Source of the DNA: Gekko japonicus
Taxonomy: Eukaryota
Reading direction: 5' to 3'
Assembly: GCF_001447785.1 (NCBI RefSeq)
Contig: NW_015165855.1
Span: 554,338 to 618,337 of the forward strand
Length of the DNA stretch: 64,000 bases
The notes beneath the pieces were generated by a model. That model was not told the DNA's origin. It saw only the letters and a program-made list of their open reading frames with translations, and made no database searches. Shown here in pieces: positions 36,990 through 49,310 of the stretch; position 1 is the stretch's first letter, and each line of letters begins with the position of its first letter. The translations under genes were made by a program, and so were the position numbers.

Positions 36990-38165
36990 CTACTCATTGC
37001 AAAATTCAGACTTAAACTGAAGAAAATTGGGAAAACCACTAGGCCATTCAGGTTTGACCTAGATCACATCCCTAGAGGTGAAGAATAGCTTCAAGGGACT
37101 AGATTTGATAGATAGAGTGCCTGAAGAACTATGTACGGAGGTCCATGACATTGTACAGGAGGCAGCAATCACCACCATCCCAAAGAAAAAGAAATGCAAG
37201 AAAGCAAAGTGGCTGTCTGATGAGGCTTTACAAATAGCGAAGGAAAAAAGGAAAGTGAAAGGCAAAGGCAAAAAGGAAAGATTTACCCAACTGAATGCAG
37301 ATTTCCAGAGAACAGCAAGGAGAGATAAGAAGACCTTCCTGAATGAACAGTGCAAAGTAATAAAGGAAAACAATAGAATGGGAAGGACTAGAGAACTCTT
37401 CAAGAAAATTGGAGAAATCAAGGGAGAGTTCCATGCAAAGCTGGCCATGATAAAGAACAAAAATGGTAGGGACCTAACAGAAGCAGAAGAGATTAGGAAT
37501 AGATGGCAAGAATACACAGAAGAACTATATAAGAAAGACCTCGATGTCCTTGACAACCACGACGGTATAATCACTGACCTCGAGCCAGACATCCTGGAAT
37601 GTGAAGTTAAATGGGCCTTAGAAAGCATTACTAACAACAAAGCTAGTGGAGGTGATGGTATCCCAGCTGAGCTATTCAAAGTCTTAAAAGATGATGCTGT
37701 TAAAGTGCTGCACTCCATTTGCCAGCAAATTTGGAAAACGCAACCGTGGCCACAGGATTGGAAAAGGTCAGTATACATCCCAATCCCAAAGAAGGGCAAT
37801 GCCAAGGAATGTTCAAACTATCGCACAATTGCACTCATATCACATGCTAGCAAGGTCATGCTCAAGATCCTACAAGCTAGGCTTCAACAGTACGTGGATA
37901 GAGAACTACCAGAGGTACAAGCTCAAATACTTTGGCCACCAAATGAGAAGGGAGTACTCACTGGAGAAGACCCTGATGCTGGGAAAGATTGAAGGTCAAA
38001 GAAGACGGGGACGGCAAAGGATGAGATGGTTAGACAGTGTCATAGATGCAACGAACATGAAATTGAGCAAACCTCAGAGGACGGTGGAAGACAGGAAGAC
38101 CTGTCGTGATCTGGTCCATGGGGTCGCGAAGAGTCGGACTCGACTGTGTGACTGAACAAGAACAA
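36990..38165 (+). mobile_element. BovB (RTE) LINE, 5'-truncated with an internal deletion of the RT core
   Basis: ORF NSFKGLDLIDRVPEEL...WPQDWKRSVYIPIPKKGNAKECSNYRTIALISHASK joined at about 37921 directly to the C-terminal KLKYFGH segment. Confidence 0.92.
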
Positions 38166-38908
38166 ATTGTAAGTGTACAAATATGCCACTCTTCTGCATG
38201 GAAGAAGCTCCCTAGGATCGATCCAGTGTCCAGTATCCTGTTCTTCAGGTTGAGGCCCAAGAAGTTGGGTGAATGGACCAAAAAGAGGATGGCTGAAGTG
38301 ATACACATGGTTTGGGCGCAGTACCTGTTAACAAGACCCAGGAGCTATTTGGTGTCTTCCTTTCATTCCTGCAGCCCCATAGATTTTGATGTGTATGAGT
38401 GCTCCCCATCATTTATTAGCTCTTTGCTCTAAGCTCTGGCTGGATCCTGCATATGCTCTGAGTGCAAGCATCATGACCATATCTGCAATGGTAATCCAGT
38501 TTAAATATGTATAACTGCATTTACTCACAGTTGTCCTTTATTCCCCTGTTATCTTCCCCATTGTTGATCTCAGACCGGAATCACCTTGAAGCCAGGGACC
38601 TGCCTATACCTGCTTATGAAATTCTATAGAATCCTGTACACCGATAGCTCTATAATAAATAACTGAAACATTAAGACTAACATGCTGCTAATGTTCAGCC
38701 AAAAATAGTGTTGTAGTATACCATCACTGCCCAATGATAGGCATTGATGGAATCAATCAGAATGCCATGGATAAAGAAAAGCAGAGGGTAAAGGGCCTAC
38801 TGGAAGAGGCTATGACTTCAGAAGGAAGGGGGCGAACAAGCTGGCAAATTGGTGTCGTACCCTGTGTACTAGCAGCAAGAAAGGAAGTACAAGTGTCTTT
38901 CTTAAGAC

Positions 38909-39143
38909 CAGGGGTCATTTCCTGCGGGAGCGCACAGGAGCGGAGCTCTGGCAGCAAGGAGCCAAGGGGGCAGGCACATGACAAGCCATGCCCCCTGTTC
39001 CTAGCAGCCCTCAGTCGGACCACGAGGAGCAAGAAGCAGCCAGGTAAGTTGCAGAGCCCCCCCCCCCGGCATATGCAAATAAGTTATGCTAATAAGTTAT
39101 GCTAATGAGCTCCTGTACCTCTTTTTCTACGAAATGACCCCTG
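38909..39143. mobile_element. hAT-family MITE (short variant)
   Basis: TIR CAGGGGTCATTTC; perfect 8-bp TSD CTTAAGAC. Confidence 0.88.
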
Positions 39144-39817
39144 CTTAAGACTATTTGTGTAATAAGCGAAGGAAGATCTCATGGCCGTCCTATGAAGACG
39201 TGAGCTCTAGATGTATCTGACACTCACAAACCTTACAATAGAATGACGAATGTGTGTGGCCACTGCAAGATACCTCATTTGTTCAGACTGGTGCCAGACT
39301 GTTAGTACTGCAACAATTCTTGGGCATAAAATAGAGTCAATATTTTACAACCTTGAGATATGAATATTAATCTGAGTAAAATGTATATTTTACTTCTTAT
39401 GAACATGAAGATAAAAAGTAGATCATTGAAAAAAAATGTATACCCATTGAAATACATGCTCAAAACGAGAAAATGTATTCCCATTGAAACACATGCTCGA
39501 AATGCATTTTATGGCTCCTTTTGAAATACCTCAATATATATATATCCTGCCATCCTGCTATTTTAATTAAAAAGCACATTCCAAACCACAGAAGGACAAG
39601 GTGAAGCATGTTGGCAAGGATATATACCAAAGTGCACAAAGTTAATAAGAAGCACAGAAAACTTTGGGAAGTGATGTGTGCGTGTTTTCTACTGTAAAAC
39701 AACCATCCCCCATATTCACTGGTTTCCTGTGTGATAGACAAGCAAAAGTCAAACAAACAAAGCAGTTTTACCAACCCCATACGTAATATGTCATGAAAGG
39801 AAAATAATAATCTATAC

Positions 39818-42238
39818 CTTGTCCGTGCTCTCCATCTCAGAATTTAAACTTTTTTCTCTATTATTAAGGATAGGCACACTAGATGTGTTGTTGCACAGAA
39901 TATTGTCTGCAATCTGAACATTGGGAGTCAGGAAAGTGAACTCATTCTTCCTGGATTCTGAGGACAGGCACAGCTGGTAGGAATAAGGCAAAGTCCCATC
40001 TTCAAAGTTGGGTGGGAAGATGGCTCCAGCCTTTGAATGGGGAACAGGAGCAAAGCACTGCAGGAATTTGGGATTCCCTGATCTTCGAAGCTTCATCAGA
40101 ATGGCCAGGATCACCGTCAAGAGGAACAAGAACGACATCACAGCCAAGGACAACACCAGGTAGAACTGCAGGTCAGACTGATAGTCTGGGCTACTGGACT
40201 GGTTCTTCATTTCTGGAAGGGCCTCCTGAAAGTTCTCAGCAAACACCAAGTTCAGCGTCACAGTGGCTGAGAGAGACGGCTGCCCATTATCCTTCACCAA
40301 GATGACCAGTTTCTGTTTCGCAGCCTCTTTCTCCACAAAGGCCCTTGCGGTCCTGATCTCACCAGTGTGAGAACCAACAGTGAAGAATCCTGGTTCAGTG
40401 GCTTGAATGACATGGTAGGAAAGCCAGGCGTTGTGTCCAGAATCAGCATCCACGGCCACCACCTTTGTGACCAGATATCCTGCCTCAGCAGAACGAGGTA
40501 CCATCTCAAATAAGGCTGAGCCCTTGGCTTCTTGTGAAGGGGACAAGATCCATGGGCTGTTGTCATTCCGATCCATGATGAACACCCTCACTGTGACATT
40601 GCTGCTGAGAGGGGGAGAACCACCATCTTGAGCTTTCACTTGAAGCTGGAACTCTCTGAACTGTTCATAGTCAAAGGACCTCTGGGCATAGAGAGCTCCA
40701 GTCTCAGAGTTAATGGAGATGTATGAAGAGATGGGGAGCTCCTTGATGTTGCTGTGGAGGATGGAATATGTGATTCGTGAGTTTTGGTCCACGTCTGGGT
40801 CCAAGGATTTCACACTGAATATGGAAGCACCAGAAGGATTGTTTTCTGGCACAAAGATGGTGTAGGATGGTTTCTCAAAAGAAGGGGCATTGTCATTGAT
40901 ATCTGAAATAAGTAATGAGATGGTTTTATGTGTGGAGAGTGCAGGTGTCCCTTGGTCAGTAGCTGTGATTGTAATATTGTATTCAGAATGCTTTTCTCGG
41001 TCTAAAGGGCTGTCTGTCTGCAGCTTATAGTAATTATTAGAAGAGGGAATAATCTTGAAAGGTAAATGCTTTTCTAGGTTGCATGTAACTTTCCCATTGT
41101 CCCCTGTATCTTTGTCTTTTACATTGATCAAGGCAATTAATGTTCCAGGAAGGGAATCTTCAGGTACTGGACTAAACAGGGAAACAATATTCACCTCTGG
41201 GGAGTTGTCATTCTCATCAAGAACTGTTATTTCGATGTTGCAGTGGGTCACTAATCCTCCTCCATCTTTTGCTGCTGCTGTCATCGTATATTCTCTGGTT
41301 TCTTCAAAGTCCAATGGGCTTTTTAGAGTTATTGTGCCATTGATTGGATCCAGGCTGAATTTCTCCTGGCCATTCATTGGTACATTGATGAAATGGTATG
41401 TGATCTGGGCATTTGTACCTACATCATCATCAGAGGCCACAATTTGGAGCAGAAACGATCCAGTAGACATATTTTCCCTCAAAGTTGCCCTATAAAGTTC
41501 TTTTGAGAAAACAGGAAAATTGTCATTAGTGTCAGTGACATTAATCTGTATCTGCATGGTTCCAGTTTTTCTAGGTTCTCCACCATCAATGGCAAAAAGA
41601 GTCCACTGGAAGGACTGTTCCCTTTCACGATCCAACGTTTTCTGCAGTACTAACTCTGCAAATTTCTTCCCATCCTTACTCTCTCTAGCTTCTACACTGA
41701 AATATTGGTTGGGGTTGATCTGGTAATTCTGAAGAGAATTCATACCAATGTCTGGATCTTCAGCTCTCCCAAGAAGAAATCTTGTACCTAGGGCACTGGA
41801 TTCACTGACTTCCAACTTGATGTTCTCATTTGCAAAATATGGTGCATTATCATTAATGTCTTGAATCACTACAGTGATATGAAAAATATTCAGAGGGTTT
41901 TCAACCACTACCTCAAAATTAACAAGACAAGGTATAGTTGTGTCACAAATCCCTTCCCTGTCTATTCTGTCGTTCACATAGAGTTTTCCATTCTCTGCAC
42001 TGATCGTGAAATATTGCATATCATCCACAGAGACAGCATGTAGGTTACGCTGTGCTAGTTCTCTGGCATTCAGACCCAAGTCCTTGGCAAGGCTACCCAC
42101 AATAGAACCCTTTGGCATCTCTTCGGGTATGGAATACTGAATCTGCTCTGAAGCAGCCCAGCTGCAGAAAGACAATAATGAGAGAAGCAGTACTTGCCTT
42201 CCCAGAGCCCGGCCATTCCCTTTGTGCTTCCTGTCCAT
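39818..42238 (-). CDS. PCDHGB: Protocadherin gamma-B-like variable exon V6 (subtype A, divergent EC2-EC3), intact
   Basis: Full ORF. ATG at 42238; donor AAG|GTATAG at 39818/39817. Confidence 0.93.
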
Positions 42239-42481
42239 CTGGATCCCAGACAAATTAGCTGTCTCTTTTCCCTCCGGTCAGATCAGATCCTCTTCAAGAT
42301 GCAGGGAAGCTTAGGAAGAATAATCTGTCTTTCTTCTTAATTTGTACAAGCCACAAGACTTTTTTTGGGGGGGGGGCTCAGGAATGCTGTTCTGCCTTTG
42401 TGTTGGAGTTCCCCGGTCTGCACAGCACTGATAAAGCTATAGCAAATATCTGTGGCTTTCCAGCTTCCATTTAGGGATGAT

Positions 42482-42525
42482 ATTGGTCAACAGCGACACT
42501 CTGAGGCTCACCAGGAGAACTGCAA
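42482..42525 (-). promoter_or_regulatory. CSE / CTCF site of V6 promoter (CGCT box)
   Basis: Minus strand TTGCAGTTCTCCTGGTGAGCCTCAGAGTGTCGCTGTTGACCAAT. Confidence 0.88.
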
Positions 42526-42760
42526 TGGATGCTTGTTCATTTGAATAAAAATGTAACCAAGAAGGCAATTGATATTTTGGTGAATTACAAACAAACACTG
42601 AAGGAAATCTCTGCATTGTCATCCAGCTGTTTTCTCTGCCTGGAATATGGAATGCTGCTATTTATATCTGTTGTTTCCACTGTCATTCCAAAACGGTTCA
42701 CTCGATCCCTACCTGTAATCTCACAAGTCAGCCAATTGCTACTTAGCCACAGACCTCCTA

Positions 42761-43429
42761 ATAGTTCATGTTCAAGTTTAGTTTATTGTCTTAGCCATTG
42801 GCCATAACAACACAAAATAAATCTAAGCACAACAAACATTATACATCAATAATGTGCAGTAAGTCCTAGATCCAGTCTTATCTTTTTTGCTGCCAGTGGA
42901 AACAAAGCCATTCTGCTAGTAACATGTGCATCAATATCAGAGAGCAAGAAAACGGTCAAATCCTGCTCTGAAATTCTATTATACAGAGGTACAATAGGAT
43001 AATTCGTGCCATGAACATCTCAGAATGTAATGCTCGACATCATCCACTTCACCCATACCACATAGGCATATTCTAGAGGCGGCAGGGGCACCCAGAAAGC
43101 AGCCAATACAAACCATTGAGGGTATGACGTGGAACCTTAGGGCAGTAAAAGCCCTTCTCAGCTCCAGAGTAGTTAGTTTCTCAAGATATACAGTCCTACA
43201 ATGATCTCTTTTAAAGATCTTATACAAGGGGGCTGTACGGCAACTTACCACCACATGTCGGTTCAAAAGCCCATCCTTATTAAATACCCATTCCTTCAAT
43301 TTAGACTTTTGGTTTTCATTTACCAATAAGTCATCGGGGATTGAGTAGTTCAATAAAATAGAGTTCAAGTAATCATCTAATCTTTTCAAGGATTTCAACA
43401 GCAATCCAAAACTTTGAACACCTAGAATA
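42761..43429 (-). mobile_element. RTE-X-like LINE 3' fragment
   Basis: ORF LRRAFTALRF...RICLCGMGEVDDVEHYILRC (CCHC knuckle); 13-bp TSD CACAGACCTCCTA (42748-42760 and 43430-43442). Confidence 0.75.
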
Positions 43430-44747
43430 CACAGACCTCCTATCTCTTTTCTGGGTGGTGCACAGATAGTTTCTTTAAGATATCAGAGTAAATCGTAAGC
43501 CCCACTATGGTAAATAATGGGATTCTCATGTTTGGAAGTTTATGTACACTTAGGCTGCCATTCTAAGAGCACTTTTCAAGGATTGGGCCTGACTAAATAG
43601 AACTGAGTAGGATTCTAAGAAGACCTGTTTAGGATTGCACTGCTAGTCCCTGATAGTCAACAGTGGAGGTAGAACTACATGTTAACCAAAGCACAGCAGC
43701 CCATGCCACCAATAACAGCAACCCATGCCAAACTATCCCCGCATCTGAAATGAAAAATGCCACTCAGTCACCACACTTCATGTTTTTCCATGTTTTTGGC
43801 TGCCACCGGAATGGGTAAATGCATTTGTTCCAGGTTGAGTAACCATTTCCTCATTACCTGACCGAAATTTTAAACCGAAAAGGCACTATTATTCCCTATT
43901 TCAATACGGAATGGGTGCAGTTTATACAGATGTCCTACGTTACTTCTACATTTCTCTTACATTCTCATTTCAGATCATCCAGAATTCACTAGCATCCATT
44001 GTGGGGTCACTTGTGCGGCCACGTAAAAATTAGGGATTCTATTGAATGTTACTGCCTTACTATTCTGGCTGAAAAATCCCTGCTTTGTTTTCATTTCTCC
44101 TTGTGCGAGTCAAAACCCTTAGGTAGGCCGGCCAGGTTTTTGCTATGGTGGGAGACCTCCTGGCAGCAGACTTTGACCCCCACTGCTGCTTGGTAGGGTG
44201 TCAGGGGAAAAAATAAGATGAAAATCACTGTTGGCGCAGCACTCTAGGATTCACCAGAAAGTCTATGATAGAGTTCTGGGATTGCCCCAGAAATGATGCC
44301 AGACTGCCATCATGATGGCACCCCCTAACCCCTGATGACCCAGTATCCTGCCAGCTGGCAACTCTGCCCCTGTCGCTCTACTTTTGTAGCATTGCTACCT
44401 TCCTCACAGCCCCCTTTCCCATTAAATTTATGCCATTTTTAATGTCATGTTTGTATCAGTTCAAGATAAATTGCATATGAATGGCATACAAATGTCAAAC
44501 CACCACATTCAGATTGAGGACACCAGGCATGAAAACGAGCAAGATGAAAAGGAGCATAAAGATAGCACGCAAAAGAAAAAGGTGTGCCCATACATCCCTA
44601 AATGGTAAAAAAAATAAATACATACTGGCCTGATTTACCGGACTGGTCTTACTGAGATTATTATTATCATTAGTAGTAGTAATTGTAGTGTTCAAGAATG
44701 ATTAAAAAAACAAGAAAAACATATATAAAACAATGGATATAAAACAA

Positions 44748-46530
44748 TGGGCCCATTCCAGTCTGGTTTCCGCTCTGGCCATGAGACAGAGACAGCATTG
44801 GTCACCCTTACGGAGGACCTTCGTAGGCAGCTGGACTGAAGTGGGTCAGTGCTGCTGATATTGTTAGATCTTACAGCAGTGTTTGACATGGTCAGTCAGG
44901 ATCTCTTGATCCACCACCTTGCTGACGTAGGAGTCCGTGGGACAGTCTTGAAGTGGCTGATCTCATTTCTCCAAGGGTGGGGACAGAGGGTGGTGCTGGG
45001 TGGGAGATGTCAACTAGAATGTGGAGTGCCTCAGGGGGAGATCCTATCCCTAATGCTGTTTAATATCTACATGCCCAGCTGGTTCAGAGTTTTGGGCTTG
45101 GGCATCACCAATATTATGATGATGACACCTAGCAATATCTGCTGATGGACGGCCGTCCAGACTTGCCCCCAAAAATCTGGCCAAGGGTTTGGAGGCTGTA
45201 GTGGGATGCTTGAGGCAAAGCCGGCTGAAGCTGAATCCAACTAAGATGGAGGTTCTGTGGCTGGGGTGTGTGTGTGTGACTCAGGATTGGGGAGTCAACT
45301 CCCAGCCCTTGACAGGGTGCCTTTGACACCAGCACCTACCATCAGGAATCTGGGGGTGATCTTGAACCGCACTATATCTATGGAGGCCCAGATTGCTAAT
45401 GTTGTCCAGGGGGCATTTTTCCAACTGCACCAAGTCAGACATCTGGCCCCCTATCTGTCTCGACCTGACCTTGCCATAGAAATCCATGCAATGGTCACCT
45501 CCAGGCTGGATTACTGTAACTCGCTTTATGTAGGGCTACCCTTGAAATTGACCTGGAAGCTCCAACTGGTACAAAAAGTGGCAGCGCAGGTTCTTACAGG
45601 GACCCCATGGAGGGCGTACATACATCCAGTGCTGCGCGAACTGCATTGGCTGCCGGTTGAATACCAGATCAGATTCAATGTTTTGGGGCTTACCTTTAAA
45701 GCCCTTAATGTTCAGGGACCTACATACCTTTGGGAACTCCTCTCCCAGGTCATCTCCCAAATGGCGTTATGATCAGTGGCAGAGGTCGATTCGGGGGGGA
45801 TCGCGGGGGATCACAGTTCCCCCTGGTGAGGTGCGGGGGGCGGGGCACACAACGAAGCCCCACTCCCTGCTTCCGGCCACCCCGCTTCCGGCCCTCATTC
45901 AGCCAGGAGGAGGCAGGAGAAGAGGGAGGGTAAGTTGCTTCCTCCCCGCCTCTCCCCACCCCTGCCTGCCTGGGGCCAGGGAGGGCTTTGGCGGGGCTTC
46001 CTCGCACTCCCGCCGGCCTTGCAGGTCCACCGCCGGGCCCCTCGTGTCAGGGGGTGTGGCATATGCTAATGAGTTATGCTAATGAGTTCCCCTAGCTCTT
46101 TTTCTACGAAACGACCCCTGATCAGCGGATAAGAACCCTCTGGTGGTCCCAGCCCAAAAGATATCCGGATAGCCTCGACCAGGGACAGGGCCTTCTCTGC
46201 CCTGACCCCAGCCTGGTGGAACTCTGTGTCGAGTGACATTTGTGGCCTGTCTGATCTATTAAAGTTTTGCAGGGCAGGTAAGGCAGAGATGTTCCGCCAG
46301 GCCTTTAATTGAGGCTAGTGACAGTTTCTTACATTTGCCTGGCACCATCCCCCCATGACTGAATGCCAGCATGACTATTTAAATGTTCTGAATGTTTTAA
46401 ATATTGTGTTTTTATTGTTTCAACTTATTTTACACTGCATTGAACCAAAATGTTGTGAACTGCCCTGAGCCCCACGCTCTCGGGAAAGGGCATCAGAAAA
46501 CAAACAACTAATTTAATAAATAAAATAAAT
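44748..46530 (+). mobile_element. L2 LINE, 5'-truncated, interrupted by a hAT MITE
   Basis: PFQSGFR..H.TETAL, LLDLTAVFD, GVPQG and SRLDYCNSLY motifs; 3' ctgagccc..gggaaagggc and (TAAA)n tail. Confidence 0.9.
45780..46120. mobile_element. hAT-family MITE nested in L2 (opposite orientation to the 23163 copy)
   Basis: Ends CAGAGGTCGATTCG / CGAAACGACCCCTG; TSD ATCAGTGG / ATCAGCGG. Confidence 0.85.
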
Positions 46531-46754
46531 ACAGCATTATCTACTTTCTTATTAAAGAGCATTGCTCTGAGGTATTCAAACATTAAGTATCCTTCAGTAA
46601 AGCTGAAGCAATGAAAATCGCCAAATCTAGTAAGGATCAATTAGAAGCTAAGAGATTAAACTATATTGCTTGTAGGGGGAACTCATCTACATATGACTAT
46701 ACAAGTGGCCATTTACATTAACAGTCAAAATGTCTATAGTGAAAATAAACTTAC

Positions 46755-49009
46755 CGTATCAGATTTATCCATCTCACAATTAAGGACATTTCCCTCACTG
46801 GCTGTCAAAAGGGCCTCAGACTTATTCTTAGAAGAAATGTTCTCTGCAGTTAGAACACTGCTTGCTGGAAAGGCATATTCCTGTATCCGGGATTCAGATG
46901 ATAAGCAAAGTTGATAAGAATAAGGCAGTGTCCCCTCTTCATAGTTGGGTGGAAATATAATACCGTTGTTTGAGTGGGGGACGGGACCAAAGCACTGTAG
47001 GAATTTGGGATTTCCTGATCGTCGAAGCTTCATCAGAATGGCCAGAATCACCGTCAAGAGGAACAAGAAGGAGATCAAAGCCAAGGCCAGCACCAGATAG
47101 AACTGCAGATCAGACTGATAGTCAGGACTGATGGACTGGGTCTTCATTTCTGGAAGGGCCTCTTGGAAGTTCTCTGCAAACACCATGTTCAGAGTCACTG
47201 TAGCAGATAGTGATGGGTGCCCATTATCCTTCACTAAAATGACCACCCTCTGCTTCACAGCATCCCTTTCCAAAAATGTTCGGGATGTCCTGATCTCACC
47301 TGTATGGTGTCCAACTATGAAGAGCCCTGGCTCAGTGGCCTGAAGCAGGTGGTAGGAGAGCCAGGCATTGTGTCCAGAGTCAGCATCCACCGCTACCACC
47401 TTGGTCACCAGATAATCTGCATCGGCTGAACGGGGTATAATCTCAAACAAACCTGAACCTTCCACTCCTTTGGAAGGGTAGAGGATCTGAGGGCTGTTGT
47501 CATTCTGGTCCACAATAAACACTTCCACTGTGACATTGCTGCTGAGGGGAGGAGAACCTCCATCTTGGGCCTTCACTTGAAGTTGGAACTCCCTGAATTG
47601 TTCGTAGTCAAAGGAGCGCTGTGCATAAACAATCCCAGTCTCAGAGTTAATGGAGACATAAGAGGAGAGAGGCAGGTCCTCAATGTTGCAATGGTCTTCA
47701 GTGTAGAAAGAGGAGGTTTGCCTTGGTCTGTGGCTGTGATTGTGATATTATACTCAGGAGTATTTTCCCTGTCCAGCACACCATCTGTAAGCACCTTATA
47801 GTAGTTATTGGATGTTGAGATAATTTGAAATGGCAAATTACTTACTAAATGACAAACTACGTTTCCATTTTCTCCTGAATCTCTGTCTTTTACATGGATG
47901 AGAGCTACCAGAGTCCCAGATGTAGAATCTTCAGGTATTGGGCTGGAGGATGAGACCAGAAGGATTTCTGGGGCATTGTCATTCTCATCTACTATCTTTA
48001 TTTCAACATTGCAGTGAGCCACTAATCCCCCTCCATCCTTGGCTTCTACAACTACAGAATATTTCTCCGCTTCCTCAAAGTCCAGTGTTTCCATAACTGT
48101 GATTGCCCCATCCTGTGGATTCAAATGGAATTTCTGGTGATCACTTTTATCAATACTGCTAAAGCTATAGATGATCTGGGCATTGGACCCTTCATCTCTG
48201 TCAGTGGCTTTTACCTGTACCAATGAAGATCCTTTTGGAGCATTTTCTTTCAGGTTGACCTTGTATACTTTTTGAGTGAAGACAGGTGGGTTGTCGTTGA
48301 CATCAATTACATTTATCAAAATTTTGGCTGTCCCAGTTTTGGCAGGCTTCCCTCCATCTACAGCCAAAAGGGTTAAATGGAAACTACTTTCACTTTCCCG
48401 ATCCAACTGTTTATTCAGCACCAGTTCAGCATATTTACTTCCATCTTCTCCCTCTCTAACTTCTAGAACAAAATAGTGGTTTTGGCTGAGCTGATAATTC
48501 TGGACAGAGTTCATCCCAATATCAGGATCTGCAGCTTTCCCAAGATGAAATGTGGCACCTGGTATAGAGAGTTCACTTGCCTCTATCTTGATATCTCCAT
48601 TTAAGAATTGTGGAGCATTATCATTAATGTCCTGGACTGTTACAGTTACATGGAAAATATTCATAGGATTTTCAGTCATAATGTCAAAATTGATATGGCA
48701 GAGTGCATTTCCCCCACATATTTCCTCTCTATCAATCCTGCTATTTATATTTAGATTTCCATTTTTCACATTGACAGCAAAATATTGCTTTTTATCTAGA
48801 GCAAGGGCATGCAAATTGCGATTTTCTATTTCTCCAGTGTTCAGCCCCAAATCTTTGGCAAGATTCCCCACAATGGAACCCTTTTCCATTTCCTCTGGAA
48901 TGGAATACCGAACCTGCTCTGAGGCAGTCTTGCTAATCAAAGACAATAGTAAGAGGAGACGTACTTGCCTTCTTACAGTCCTGCTGTAATCTTTGTGCCT
49001 GCTGTCCAT
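46755..49009 (-). pseudogene. PCDHGB: Protocadherin gamma-B-like variable exon V7, frameshifted by a 166-bp deletion at the EC4/EC5 boundary
   Basis: Split into ORFs 47573-49243 and 46734-47576. Junction ...caatgttgc|aatggtc... at 47689/47690 lacks the segment equivalent to V2 7958-8123. ATG at 49009 (alternative 49048); donor ACG|GTAAGT at 46755/46754 is intact. Confidence 0.85.
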
Positions 49010-49268
49010 CTGACTTAGTGAGAAATGGGCTTTATTCCTGTTTTGCATACTCCAATAAACTGAAGATTTCCAGTCTCCCTTCAGAATACAGACATCCACA
49101 GTAAGGAAGTATAAACCTTGATACTGGTTCCTGCCTATTCTGTCTAGCTTGCAGTATCTACCGTTTCTCAGCAAAAGCGTCTGGATGTCTCTTTGTTCTG
49201 CTACCTCCCCGGATCTGCAGTCTGTGACTGAACAGAGCACCAAAGATTAGCCAGTATGATTTCTACTT

Positions 49269-49310
49269 TGGCCAACAGCGCCACTCTGAGTCTCAGAGGG
49301 AGAATTGCAA
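49269..49310 (-). promoter_or_regulatory. CSE / CTCF site of V7 promoter (GGCGCT, closest to CTCF consensus)
   Basis: Minus strand TTGCAATTCTCCCTCTGAGACTCAGAGTGGCGCTGTTGGCCA. Confidence 0.88.

Larger units (their letters stand above)
35555..47689. repeat. Tandem segmental duplication unit 4 (spacer X - V6 - spacer Y - B-like 3' half of V7)
   Basis: 36060-39800 aligns with 10820-13510 and 42500-44700 aligns with spacer Y. Boundaries are approximate. Confidence 0.7.
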
